64,000 nucleotides of DNA from Thermofilaceae archaeon (GTDB lineage: Archaea; Thermoproteota; Thermoprotei; Thermofilales; Thermofilaceae), in NCBI GenBank assembly GCA_027027675.1, contig JALVKT010000092.1:4854-68853 (forward strand), read 5' to 3'. The notes below the pieces were generated by a model that saw only the letters and a list, made by a program, of their open reading frames with translations, was not told where the DNA came from and did no database searches. The stretch's first letter is position 1. Each line of letters starts with the position of its first letter. This document shows, in pieces, positions 27,302-34,724 of this stretch. Made by a program: the position numbers and the translations under genes.

Positions 27302-28655
27302 TGAGGGACGGCTTCCCCCTTGTCTCCACGATATAGCTCTTCGACTAACTCCCAGCTCTAAGGAAAGGTTACATGTAGACAAAATAGCGGAGCGAGTTAG
27401 AAGAGAAGCCGAGGAGGCTGCAAGAAAACTCTACGGCAAAAAAGTAGTCCTCGTCGAATACGAAGGATCCTATGCGAAGGATACGTGGCTCTCCGGAGAA
27501 CTAGACCTGGATCTTTTCGTGTTTTTCTCGGAGGACTTCGAATTAAAAAGCTTCGAGGAAGCAATTAAGAAGATAGCCTTTAGAGCAGCAGAAAGACTCA
27601 ATGCAAAGCTTGAGCGTCGATACGCGGCTCATCCATACTACACGTTAATCCTTGATTCCCTAAACGTGGATCTAGTACCAGCGTACTATGTAGAAGACGT
27701 TGAAAACATAAAAACCCCTGTAGACCGGACACGTTTCCACACACTATACGTAAAAAAGGAATTATCCCGGAAGCCCTATCTAAAACAGGACATCAGACTC
27801 CTAAAGAAACTCCTTAAACTGCTGTGGATATATGGGGCGGAAATAGAGGTTCAGGGCTTTTCGGGCTACCTCACCGAAATACTAGTTATAAGACATGGAG
27901 GCCTCCTGCCCCTCTTAGAGAAAGCCGCTACCTGGAGGCCCTGGAAGACCGCAATACCCCCCAGCACTAAAAGCGAGTTCAAGGCCCCCCTCATAGTTCT
28001 AGACCCCGTGGATCCGCAGAGAAATGCGGCGGCAGCAGTAAGCGAAGAGTCCCTAGCCAAGTTCATAGCTCTCTCAGTTCTCTCGTCGTCAGCACCGGAA
28101 AGGCTCTGCTGCATATATAGGAGTCTAGGACGCATTAAAGAAAGCTTTGAGGAAAAGCCTCGTAAGCTCGAATTCTTTATAGTGTCAATTAGTCTTAAGA
28201 AAAACAATGCGTCTCCCCAGGAAATAGCGGGTATAACTCAAAAACACCGCGTAAAAATAGTGAGAAACGCTGAAAAACACGGTTTTCAAATAGCGAGAAG
28301 CAAAGTCTTTCTCTGCGACAATAAATCCATCATAGTTTTCGAAGTCATAAACCCTGTATTACATCCCTTCTCCCTACATCGAGGACCCCCAGTCTATTCC
28401 CCCCACTCGGCAGAGTTCATCTCAAAATGGAGGGGTCACCCGCTAATGATAAGGGACAGCCGCTGGTACACGGTTATAGATACAACGCCCCGCTATTTCA
28501 TGGACGTTGTAGAGAACACGCTGAATAGTGATCGGAGAATAAAATGGGCTCGTCTAACCCTAGAGGAGTTACCGGCGAAATGTCCTAAAGCGTATCAGTG
28601 GCTTACACAAGGAGAAAAATGGGCGTACTGTCTAGTTACACAAGAGAAGAACTAG
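27288..28655 (+). CDS. cca: CCA-adding tRNA nucleotidyltransferase (archaeal class I)
   Basis: GSYAKDTWLSGELDLDLFVFF catalytic motif. RTRFHTLYV and GAEIEVQGFSGYLTEILV are typical of archaeal CCA enzyme. Confidence 0.8.
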   Translation: MNSSNEGRLPPCLHDIALRLTPSSKERLHVDKIAERVRREAEEAARKLYGKKVVLVEYEGSYAKDTWLSGELDLDLFVFFSEDFELKSFEEAIKKIAFRAAERLNAKLERRYAAHPYYTLILDSLNVDLVPAYYVEDVENIKTPVDRTRFHTLYVKKELSRKPYLKQDIRLLKKLLKLLWIYGAEIEVQGFSGYLTEILVIRHGGLLPLLEKAATWRPWKTAIPPSTKSEFKAPLIVLDPVDPQRNAAAAVSEESLAKFIALSVLSSSAPERLCCIYRSLGRIKESFEEKPRKLEFFIVSISLKKNNASPQEIAGITQKHRVKIVRNAEKHGFQIARSKVFLCDNKSIIVFEVINPVLHPFSLHRGPPVYSPHSAEFISKWRGHPLMIRDSRWYTVIDTTPRYFMDVVENTLNSDRRIKWARLTLEELPAKCPKAYQWLTQGEKWAYCLVTQEKN

Positions 28656-29386
28656 CCTTTATCCTATGCTACCCCACCCCCACCGCCAGCTGCTTCAACA
28701 AACGCGTAGTCGAAGCCTCTCTCTTAGGGGTAAGGCGGTTCCTGCGTCAAGGAAAAACACTGATAAACGGTGTCCCCGTAGTCGGAAAAGGAACAACAGC
28801 CATAGTTGTTGCCGCTGAACATGTCAGAGGAGTCCTTGCAGCCCTCAAAATTAGAAGATTGGACTCAAACAGGCCCTCTATGCTCAGGGAGGCCTATATT
28901 CTACGCCTGGCAAACACCGTGGGTGTAGGCCCTTTGTTTCTAGCTGCATCAAAAAACTTGCTTCTCTGGAGACTCGTCAGGGGTGTGTCTCTGCTTGAGT
29001 GGTTAAAGAGTCGGAAAGATCCCGAAGAAGTGAAAAAACTCTTTGTCCAGCTACTTTACCAGTTATACCTGCTCGATAAGACAGGAATTGTACATACAGA
29101 ACTTTCTCGTCCAAGCGGGCATATACTAGTGGAAAACGGCAAACCTGTTGTACTAGATTTCGAGTCAGCCTCACTTACCAGTAAAAAGTCAAATGTCACG
29201 CAGTTTCTCTCGCTGCTTTTAAGGAATACAGAGTATTCCATAATCCTCCGCAGCTATATTCCCGAGCTCCCAGATAGAGGAAAACTACGCGAAATATTGC
29301 GCCAGTACAAAAGGAGGAGAGACATAGAGTATCTCTTAAAAGGGTTAAAGCTTAGAGATTATTTGACTATCTCTATTACAACATAA
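28598..29386 (+). CDS. putative Ser/Thr protein kinase-like protein (COG2112/RIO-like)
   Basis: Glycine loop VGKGTTAIV, AALKIRR lysine, and IVHTELSRPSGHILV...VVLDFESA catalytic-loop-like segments. The start may lie a few codons downstream, since the track ORF overlaps cca. Confidence 0.5.
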   Translation: MAYTRRKMGVLSSYTREELAFILCYPTPTASCFNKRVVEASLLGVRRFLRQGKTLINGVPVVGKGTTAIVVAAEHVRGVLAALKIRRLDSNRPSMLREAYILRLANTVGVGPLFLAASKNLLLWRLVRGVSLLEWLKSRKDPEEVKKLFVQLLYQLYLLDKTGIVHTELSRPSGHILVENGKPVVLDFESASLTSKKSNVTQFLSLLLRNTEYSIILRSYIPELPDRGKLREILRQYKRRRDIEYLLKGLKLRDYLTISITT

Positions 29387-29829
29387 GTTCTAGTTTCCTT
29401 AACACCATCAATATTACTGATCCTATTAAGAACTTCGTCGAGGTTCGACTGTGAAAGCTGCATCAGCACGTCAATGTCACCTGTTACACGGAAAATCTTG
29501 TCCACCGGGAGACGCTTTAACTCTTCATAAGCCTTTACTCTCCTATGTGGTTCGATGCGGAGAGCGATGAAAGCGTCGCCTGTCTTTAGCCCTAGTACTT
29601 CGAGTGCTTTTTCTGTCAAGTCGATGAAGCCTCTCCCTGTCCTGATAAGGCCAAGCTCCTTAAGTTTGCGGAGGTGGATGTTTAGTGCTTGCCTTGAAAT
29701 TCCCAGTTTCTCCGATATTGCTTGTTGTGTCTCATCTACGGTGTATACTTTTACAGGACGACTTCTGCGGTAAAGATACTGTAAAAGCTCCATTTGTTTC
29801 TCTGTTAATATCTGTTTGCCTCTTGACAT
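29359..29829 (-). CDS. Lrp/AsnC-like transcriptional regulator (HTH plus RAM domain)
   Basis: The HTH is TQQAISEKLGISRQALNIHLRKLKELGLI. The C-terminal region IFRVTGDIDVLMQL is RAM-like. Confidence 0.7.
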   Translation of the reverse strand: MSRGKQILTEKQMELLQYLYRRSRPVKVYTVDETQQAISEKLGISRQALNIHLRKLKELGLIRTGRGFIDLTEKALEVLGLKTGDAFIALRIEPHRRVKAYEELKRLPVDKIFRVTGDIDVLMQLSQSNLDEVLNRISNIDGVKETRTYVVIEIVK

Positions 29830-29930
29830 AGTGATAGTAGAAGAATGTGAGACATAATAAATGTTTACTTATGTAAAAAATGTTGATAAAAATATTATTT
29901 AGTAATATATATTTCAAAAATAGAGGAAAC

Positions 29931-29938
29931 CTATATTT
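29931..29938 (+). promoter_or_regulatory. TATA-like box upstream of the orphan tRNA half
   Basis: CTATATTT lies in an AT-rich tract about 20-25 nt before the GC-rich leader that begins near 29957. Confidence 0.3.
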
Positions 29939-29983
29939 GTAACTTATCTCTATTAGCCTCGGGGGTGGGCAGGCCCAGAAGAA

Positions 29984-30022
29984 AGCCGCAGGTCCCGGGT
30001 TCAAGTCCCGGCGGGCCCGCCA
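29984..30022 (+). tRNA. orphan tRNA 3' half (positions 38-76, Lys-like acceptor), candidate split-tRNA half or tRNA fragment
   Basis: Reads A-GCCGC-AGGTC-CCGGG-TTCAAGT-CCCGG-CGGGCCC-G-CCA. This is the 3' anticodon-stem strand, variable loop, perfect T arm, 3' acceptor strand, discriminator and CCA. No GGGCCCG 5' acceptor or D arm occurs upstream. Confidence 0.55.
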
Positions 30023-30084
30023 TTAATCATTATTTATATCTTAGAATTGTTGTGGACTATTAAAAAGAAAAGATGGCAAGAAAA

Positions 30085-32208
30085 CTATTTCTTGCCCGCG
30101 ATACGCTTGGCTATCTCTAAGCCCCTTGCTGTAAGTTTATAGCCCATATGCGGTCTTCCGTCAATGTATATTATCGAAGGTATGATCAGTTTCTTTTCTG
30201 CAAGCTTTCTTACAGTCTTAGAGAATTTTTCACGAGAAAGCCCTGAGAGCTCGTGCACCGATACATGGTCTCCCTCCTCTCCCAACGTGTATATAGCCTT
30301 TATGACGGCGATTTCCTCTGGTGAAAGGTCTATGGGAGGCACGCCAGCACTTATATTCTCACGTTGTACCGTGGGCTGGACAACCCTCTTTACCGGCTTT
30401 ACGCTTACCGCGCTAGACCTTGGCGTAGCGCGCCTCACGGGGGAAAGAGTTGTGGCTGCGGCTACAGGCGCAGCTGGCCGCACAGTAGCTTTGGCGACGG
30501 GCATAGGTAGAGCATTGTGAGCCTCAAGCTCCTTGTATGCCTGCTCAAACGTCTCCTTCGGGTTTATGTAATACCTGTTAATGTTAACGAAAACGTCTTT
30601 TGTCTCAGTAATGCCCTTAAATTTCATCCATTCAAGAACTATTCTTCTCCGTGCTATTTCTTCGTAGATATCATTAGTGGTCTTTCCAAGCCTGCGAGCC
30701 AGGTATTCTACATGGTAACTGTCATTTACCCTTACGTGAACGTCCCTAGTGGGATCCCACCTAACTATCTCCCTATATTTCTCGTAGTCCTCTATCTCCC
30801 ACACGTATCTAACTCTACGGGCAAATTTCCCGTTGGGAAGAATGGTTCTCTCCGAAAGAAGGGCTAAGTTGAGCGACGGTATGTATGCGGGTGACACGTT
30901 CATCGGCGGGCTTATCAGCCTCTGTATTGCCCTTTGCAGAGAGTCTGCGTGCATCGTAGACATGCCGCCGTGACCCGTGCTCATAGCCTGGAAGAGGACG
31001 AAGGCTTCTTCGCCTCGGATCTCTCCAACGATAATGTAGTCCGGCCTATATCGAAGAGACACCTTAACGAGGTCATAAAGCGTTATTTCGCCAGCCTTTG
31101 TTTCTCCAAGCCCGTAGCTCTCCCTGCTTACGAGTTGCACCCAGTTTTCGTGTGGCAGGTTAAGCTCGGGGGTCTCCTCTATTGTAACTATCTTGAAGCC
31201 TGGTTTGAAGAAGTTTGCGATAGCGTTTAGGAGAGTCGTTTTTCCAGCGGCGGTGGCGCCTATAACCATGAGGGTCATCCTATTTTCTACGAGGAACCAG
31301 AGGTATGCGGCTGTCCATGAGTCAATGTTGCCCATACGTATCATGTCTACTATCGAAAACGGCTTTTCCCTGAACTTCCTGATAGTAAACGTGCTTCCAC
31401 GGGGCGAGACCTCTTCACCGTAAGTTGCTGCTAGCCTGTGGCGTCCAGGGAGCATGGCGTCGACTATGGGGAAAGCCGCTGATATGTGCTTCCCAGACAT
31501 GTGGGCCAGCTTAATTATGAACTCTCTGAGGTAGTCACGGTCATGGAAGACTATGTTTGTAGGGATGCTCTCATAGTCTCTGTGCCACACGTGTATGGCC
31601 CTGTCGACGCCGTCGCAGCTGATATCTTCTAGCCTGTAATCGCGCATTAAAACCTCGATGGGGCCATAGCCCAAGAGGTCACGTTCAATATAGTAGAGAA
31701 TCTTGCCCCAGCTCTCCTCTGTCACGCCTTTTATTGACCGCTTATACTTCTCCGCGAGTCGTCTAGCCTCCTCTATAACGTGTTTCCGGATGTCAACTTC
31801 AAAAGACTCTGGGGGTTCAAGCTCTACGCTGAGAATATCGATGAGCTTATCTACAGCTTTTCGCTCGTTAGGTGTCAGCTGTACTTCTTGGGCAAAGTAT
31901 ACCCTCTGATTTCCCAGTTCAGGTATCTCCGCTATTACAACTTTCGCGTAAGGCTCGGCCACCCAGTACTCATCGATAACATTGTACTCCTTCTTCAGGG
32001 GAAGATAGATTATAGGTTCTTTTTCCTCCTCTTCCTCCTTGCCTTTTTTCTTCTTTTTCTTTACTTTAGTTTTCTTTATTTTTTCCTCCTTTTTCTTATT
32101 TTTGTCCTTTAAACGTTTTTCTTTAAGCTTCTCTTCCTGGGTGGCGCTTTTCTCTTTAGTTTTGACCGCCAAAATCCCCCCTCTCTTGATTTCAGGTCTA
32201 CATCCCAT
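30085..32208 (-). CDS. FlaI/PilB/VirB11-class secretion ATPase with K/E-rich N-terminus and C-terminal winged-helix domain
   Basis: Walker A GATAAGKTTLLNAI, PDYIIVGEIRGEEA and GHGGMSTMHA. The C-terminal tail is described under findings. ATG 32208 or a nearby TTG is preferred over 32259, which leaves only 17 nt to the divergent gene. Confidence 0.8.
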   Translation of the reverse strand: MGCRPEIKRGGILAVKTKEKSATQEEKLKEKRLKDKNKKKEEKIKKTKVKKKKKKGKEEEEEKEPIIYLPLKKEYNVIDEYWVAEPYAKVVIAEIPELGNQRVYFAQEVQLTPNERKAVDKLIDILSVELEPPESFEVDIRKHVIEEARRLAEKYKRSIKGVTEESWGKILYYIERDLLGYGPIEVLMRDYRLEDISCDGVDRAIHVWHRDYESIPTNIVFHDRDYLREFIIKLAHMSGKHISAAFPIVDAMLPGRHRLAATYGEEVSPRGSTFTIRKFREKPFSIVDMIRMGNIDSWTAAYLWFLVENRMTLMVIGATAAGKTTLLNAIANFFKPGFKIVTIEETPELNLPHENWVQLVSRESYGLGETKAGEITLYDLVKVSLRYRPDYIIVGEIRGEEAFVLFQAMSTGHGGMSTMHADSLQRAIQRLISPPMNVSPAYIPSLNLALLSERTILPNGKFARRVRYVWEIEDYEKYREIVRWDPTRDVHVRVNDSYHVEYLARRLGKTTNDIYEEIARRRIVLEWMKFKGITETKDVFVNINRYYINPKETFEQAYKELEAHNALPMPVAKATVRPAAPVAAATTLSPVRRATPRSSAVSVKPVKRVVQPTVQRENISAGVPPIDLSPEEIAVIKAIYTLGEEGDHVSVHELSGLSREKFSKTVRKLAEKKLIIPSIIYIDGRPHMGYKLTARGLEIAKRIAGKK

Positions 32209-32276
32209 ATAAATTAATAAGCACGCGGGTTGCGCGGAACGCAGCCAGCAATAACCCATAAAAACGTCTTCGAGAC

Positions 32277-34112
32277 ATGGATATCCTAGGTAAAATGGGG
32301 AGCCTTGTAGGTTACGCGTACGCGGTATTTAGCTGGGCGGGAGACCTTGTAACAAAAATATACCCAGAGCTCTACGATGACATAGTATCTGCAGACATGA
32401 AAGTGTACCCGCCAGCTTATGCCGCTCTCGTCGTGTTCGCGACAATATTAACATTTATTATAGGTATTGTAATAGGTGTTCCAATATTCATTCTCTCCAG
32501 ACTATACGTTTCGCCGTTCTTTAATCCCTCGCTAGCGCCGATCCTCGTAGCTCTAGCGATTTTGGTGTTGCCAGGCCTAGTCTTCGTTACTCTTTTGTTT
32601 TTACCTAAAATGAAGGTTGTATCACGTGAGTCAAGGTTTGACTTAGAGATCCCCTATCTTTCAGTCTACATCACAGTGATGGCTACAGGCGGAATATCCC
32701 CCTATGTAAGCTTTGAAAGACTTGCCCGCGCGCCAAGCATACTCTTTCAGGAGATAAAGCGTGAAGCCCAAAGATTTTACCTGAGAGTAAGGGCTATGGG
32801 AATAGACCCCCTGACAGCCATAGAGGAGTCGGCCAAGAGGGTTCCTCACAGAGGATATAAGCAGCTGATGAACGGCTACGCGTCGACGCTGAGGGCTGGC
32901 GGCGACGTTGTAGGCTACCTTAACCGACAGACAGAGATCATGCTGACAGAGAGGGTTTCACAGATAAAAACTGTGGGAGAGAGAATCGCCACCCTGATGG
33001 AGGCTTACATGGCGGTCATACTCCTCTCCTCCCTCACGATGTATGTCCTCTTCGTGGTAAACATGGCTCTGAGCCAGGCTGGCCTGGGAATAGGGGGAGG
33101 CGCCATGCAGTTCATCTTAATGTCGTACATAGTGATGCCGTTGCTCTCAGGAACATTCATTTACCTGGCCGACCTCATGCAGCCGAAATACCCCGTTTAT
33201 GACAAGACACCTTACATAGTATTCTTCGGGGTCGGGCTCCCCCTAACAATACTGTTAATGTTTGCAATGGTAGCACCCTTCATACTCCCGCCACCCCTGT
33301 CGACAATATTAAAGCGCGTCTTCTACCCGCTCGTCCTGCTTACCGAGAAAATTACCTACGGCCTCGGCATGCAAAAAGGCTTCGAATCGGGCGTTGGAAT
33401 AATAATAGCGCTCGCCGTCGGCCTCATCCCCGGAATGATCGTGGAGATGCGGTCCTCGCTGAAGTACAGCGGCATACAGTACGGGCTCACACGCTTCCTC
33501 AGAGACCTCGTAGAAGTAAGGAAAACCGGCATGGCCCCTGAAAAATGCATTATAAACCTTAGAGACAGGGACTATGGACGCTTCTCAAAATATCTTAAGG
33601 AAATAGCCCGACAAGTCGGATGGGGCGTATCCCTTCAACGCATATTTCAGCGCTTTGCCCAAGGCATGAAAAACTGGTTTGCACTTATCTCCATGTTCTT
33701 GCTGGTGGAAAGCATCGAGGTAGGCGGTGGAACCCCAAGGACGCTTGAAGCTCTGGCAAGCTACGCGGAAACCCTGGAAATGGTGGAGAAGGAGAAAAAG
33801 TCGATGCTCAAGCCGCTGATGCTCATACCCTACGTAGGCGCGCTCATCATAGTCATCGTGGTTCTCATCCTGGTTAGCTTCATGTCCTACATACTCGGAT
33901 TCGCGGGAGCCGCTATTTCATCAAACCAGCTGACAAGCATGTTCCTCCCGCCAGTCATACTGAACAGTTATTTCATGGGGCTCGTCGCCGGCAAGATAAG
34001 CTCGGAGAGAGTAGCGGCAGGCTTCAAACACGCGCTCCTCCTCCTCCTGGCAAACCTTGGAGCAATGGTTGTAACGCCGCCGCTCACAGTCAGCCTTATA
34101 CCAAAGCTTTAG
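32277..34112 (+). CDS. FlaJ/TadC/PilC-type polytopic membrane platform protein
   Basis: 611 aa. Two cytoplasmic T2SS-F-like helical domains (EIPYLSVYITVMATGGISP... and GLTRFLRDLVEVRKTGMAPEKCI...) alternate with clusters of TM helices. Confidence 0.75.
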   Translation: MDILGKMGSLVGYAYAVFSWAGDLVTKIYPELYDDIVSADMKVYPPAYAALVVFATILTFIIGIVIGVPIFILSRLYVSPFFNPSLAPILVALAILVLPGLVFVTLLFLPKMKVVSRESRFDLEIPYLSVYITVMATGGISPYVSFERLARAPSILFQEIKREAQRFYLRVRAMGIDPLTAIEESAKRVPHRGYKQLMNGYASTLRAGGDVVGYLNRQTEIMLTERVSQIKTVGERIATLMEAYMAVILLSSLTMYVLFVVNMALSQAGLGIGGGAMQFILMSYIVMPLLSGTFIYLADLMQPKYPVYDKTPYIVFFGVGLPLTILLMFAMVAPFILPPPLSTILKRVFYPLVLLTEKITYGLGMQKGFESGVGIIIALAVGLIPGMIVEMRSSLKYSGIQYGLTRFLRDLVEVRKTGMAPEKCIINLRDRDYGRFSKYLKEIARQVGWGVSLQRIFQRFAQGMKNWFALISMFLLVESIEVGGGTPRTLEALASYAETLEMVEKEKKSMLKPLMLIPYVGALIIVIVVLILVSFMSYILGFAGAAISSNQLTSMFLPPVILNSYFMGLVAGKISSERVAAGFKHALLLLLANLGAMVVTPPLTVSLIPKL

Positions 34113-34125
34113 CTGGCGCAGAGGC

Positions 34126-34671
34126 ATGGCGATACTCATCACGGGCACACCTGGCGTGGGAAAAACCACGCTTTCAACACTTCTTTCAGAAAAAACAGGG
34201 CGGCCCCACATAGAACTAGCAGAACTTGTAAAGCGGGAAAAACTGTACGTAGGCTACGATGAGGAGTCACAGTCATACATTGTCGATGAAGAAAGGGTGA
34301 AGAAACGTCTTCGAGACATGCTCACGTGTAAGGAAATAGTTGACACACACGTAGTAAGCGCACTACCGCGCGAAAAAATAAGCCTAGCCATAGTGTTAAG
34401 GCTTGACCCCCAAGTTTTAGAGAAGCGGCTGAAGCAGAGGCGGTACCCTCCAGTTAAAATAAAGAGCAATGTGGAGTCCGAAATTCTGGGCTATGTGACT
34501 GTCGATGCGGTAAACCTATTCGGAGAAGAAAGGGTTAACGAGATAGACGTTACAGGGCTTACACCTGAAGAGACATTAAAACTAGTGCTCTCAATAATAG
34601 AGGGCGTTGAAAGAAGAAGGCCGGGAAAAATAGATTGGCTTGAAAAATACTGGAGTCTCCTGCAAGAATAG
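34126..34671 (+). CDS. adenylate kinase isoenzyme-6 homolog (Fap7-type NTPase)
   Basis: MAILITGTPGVGKTT P-loop at the extreme N-terminus. The 181-aa size and overall pattern match archaeal Fap7/AK6. Confidence 0.8.
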   Translation: MAILITGTPGVGKTTLSTLLSEKTGRPHIELAELVKREKLYVGYDEESQSYIVDEERVKKRLRDMLTCKEIVDTHVVSALPREKISLAIVLRLDPQVLEKRLKQRRYPPVKIKSNVESEILGYVTVDAVNLFGEERVNEIDVTGLTPEETLKLVLSIIEGVERRRPGKIDWLEKYWSLLQE

Positions 34672-34724
34672 AGTTAATATTCTTTCCCCTCCAATTATTT
34701 ATAGTTTTAAAAGACCCCTTCTAC

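Noticed and set aside
29830-34112. Integrated mobile element bounded by the tRNA fragment
   Set aside because: No integrase, transposase, viral or conjugative genes are present. No second copy of the tRNA segment occurs in the window; the tRNA-Arg at 57.5 kb differs in its T loop and acceptor. Base composition shows no obvious shift, and housekeeping genes follow immediately. An att remnant cannot be excluded without the whole genome.
34090-34142. Second C/D-box-like arrangement on the minus strand (GUGAUGA, 12 nt, then 12 nt before CUGA)
   Set aside because: Its C' and D' boxes are unrecognisable, and it lies antisense across the flaJ-like stop and the fap7 start. A rough estimate gives a few chance RUGAUGA/CUGA pairs at this spacing in 128 kb of two-strand sequence. 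It is therefore not distinguishable from chance.
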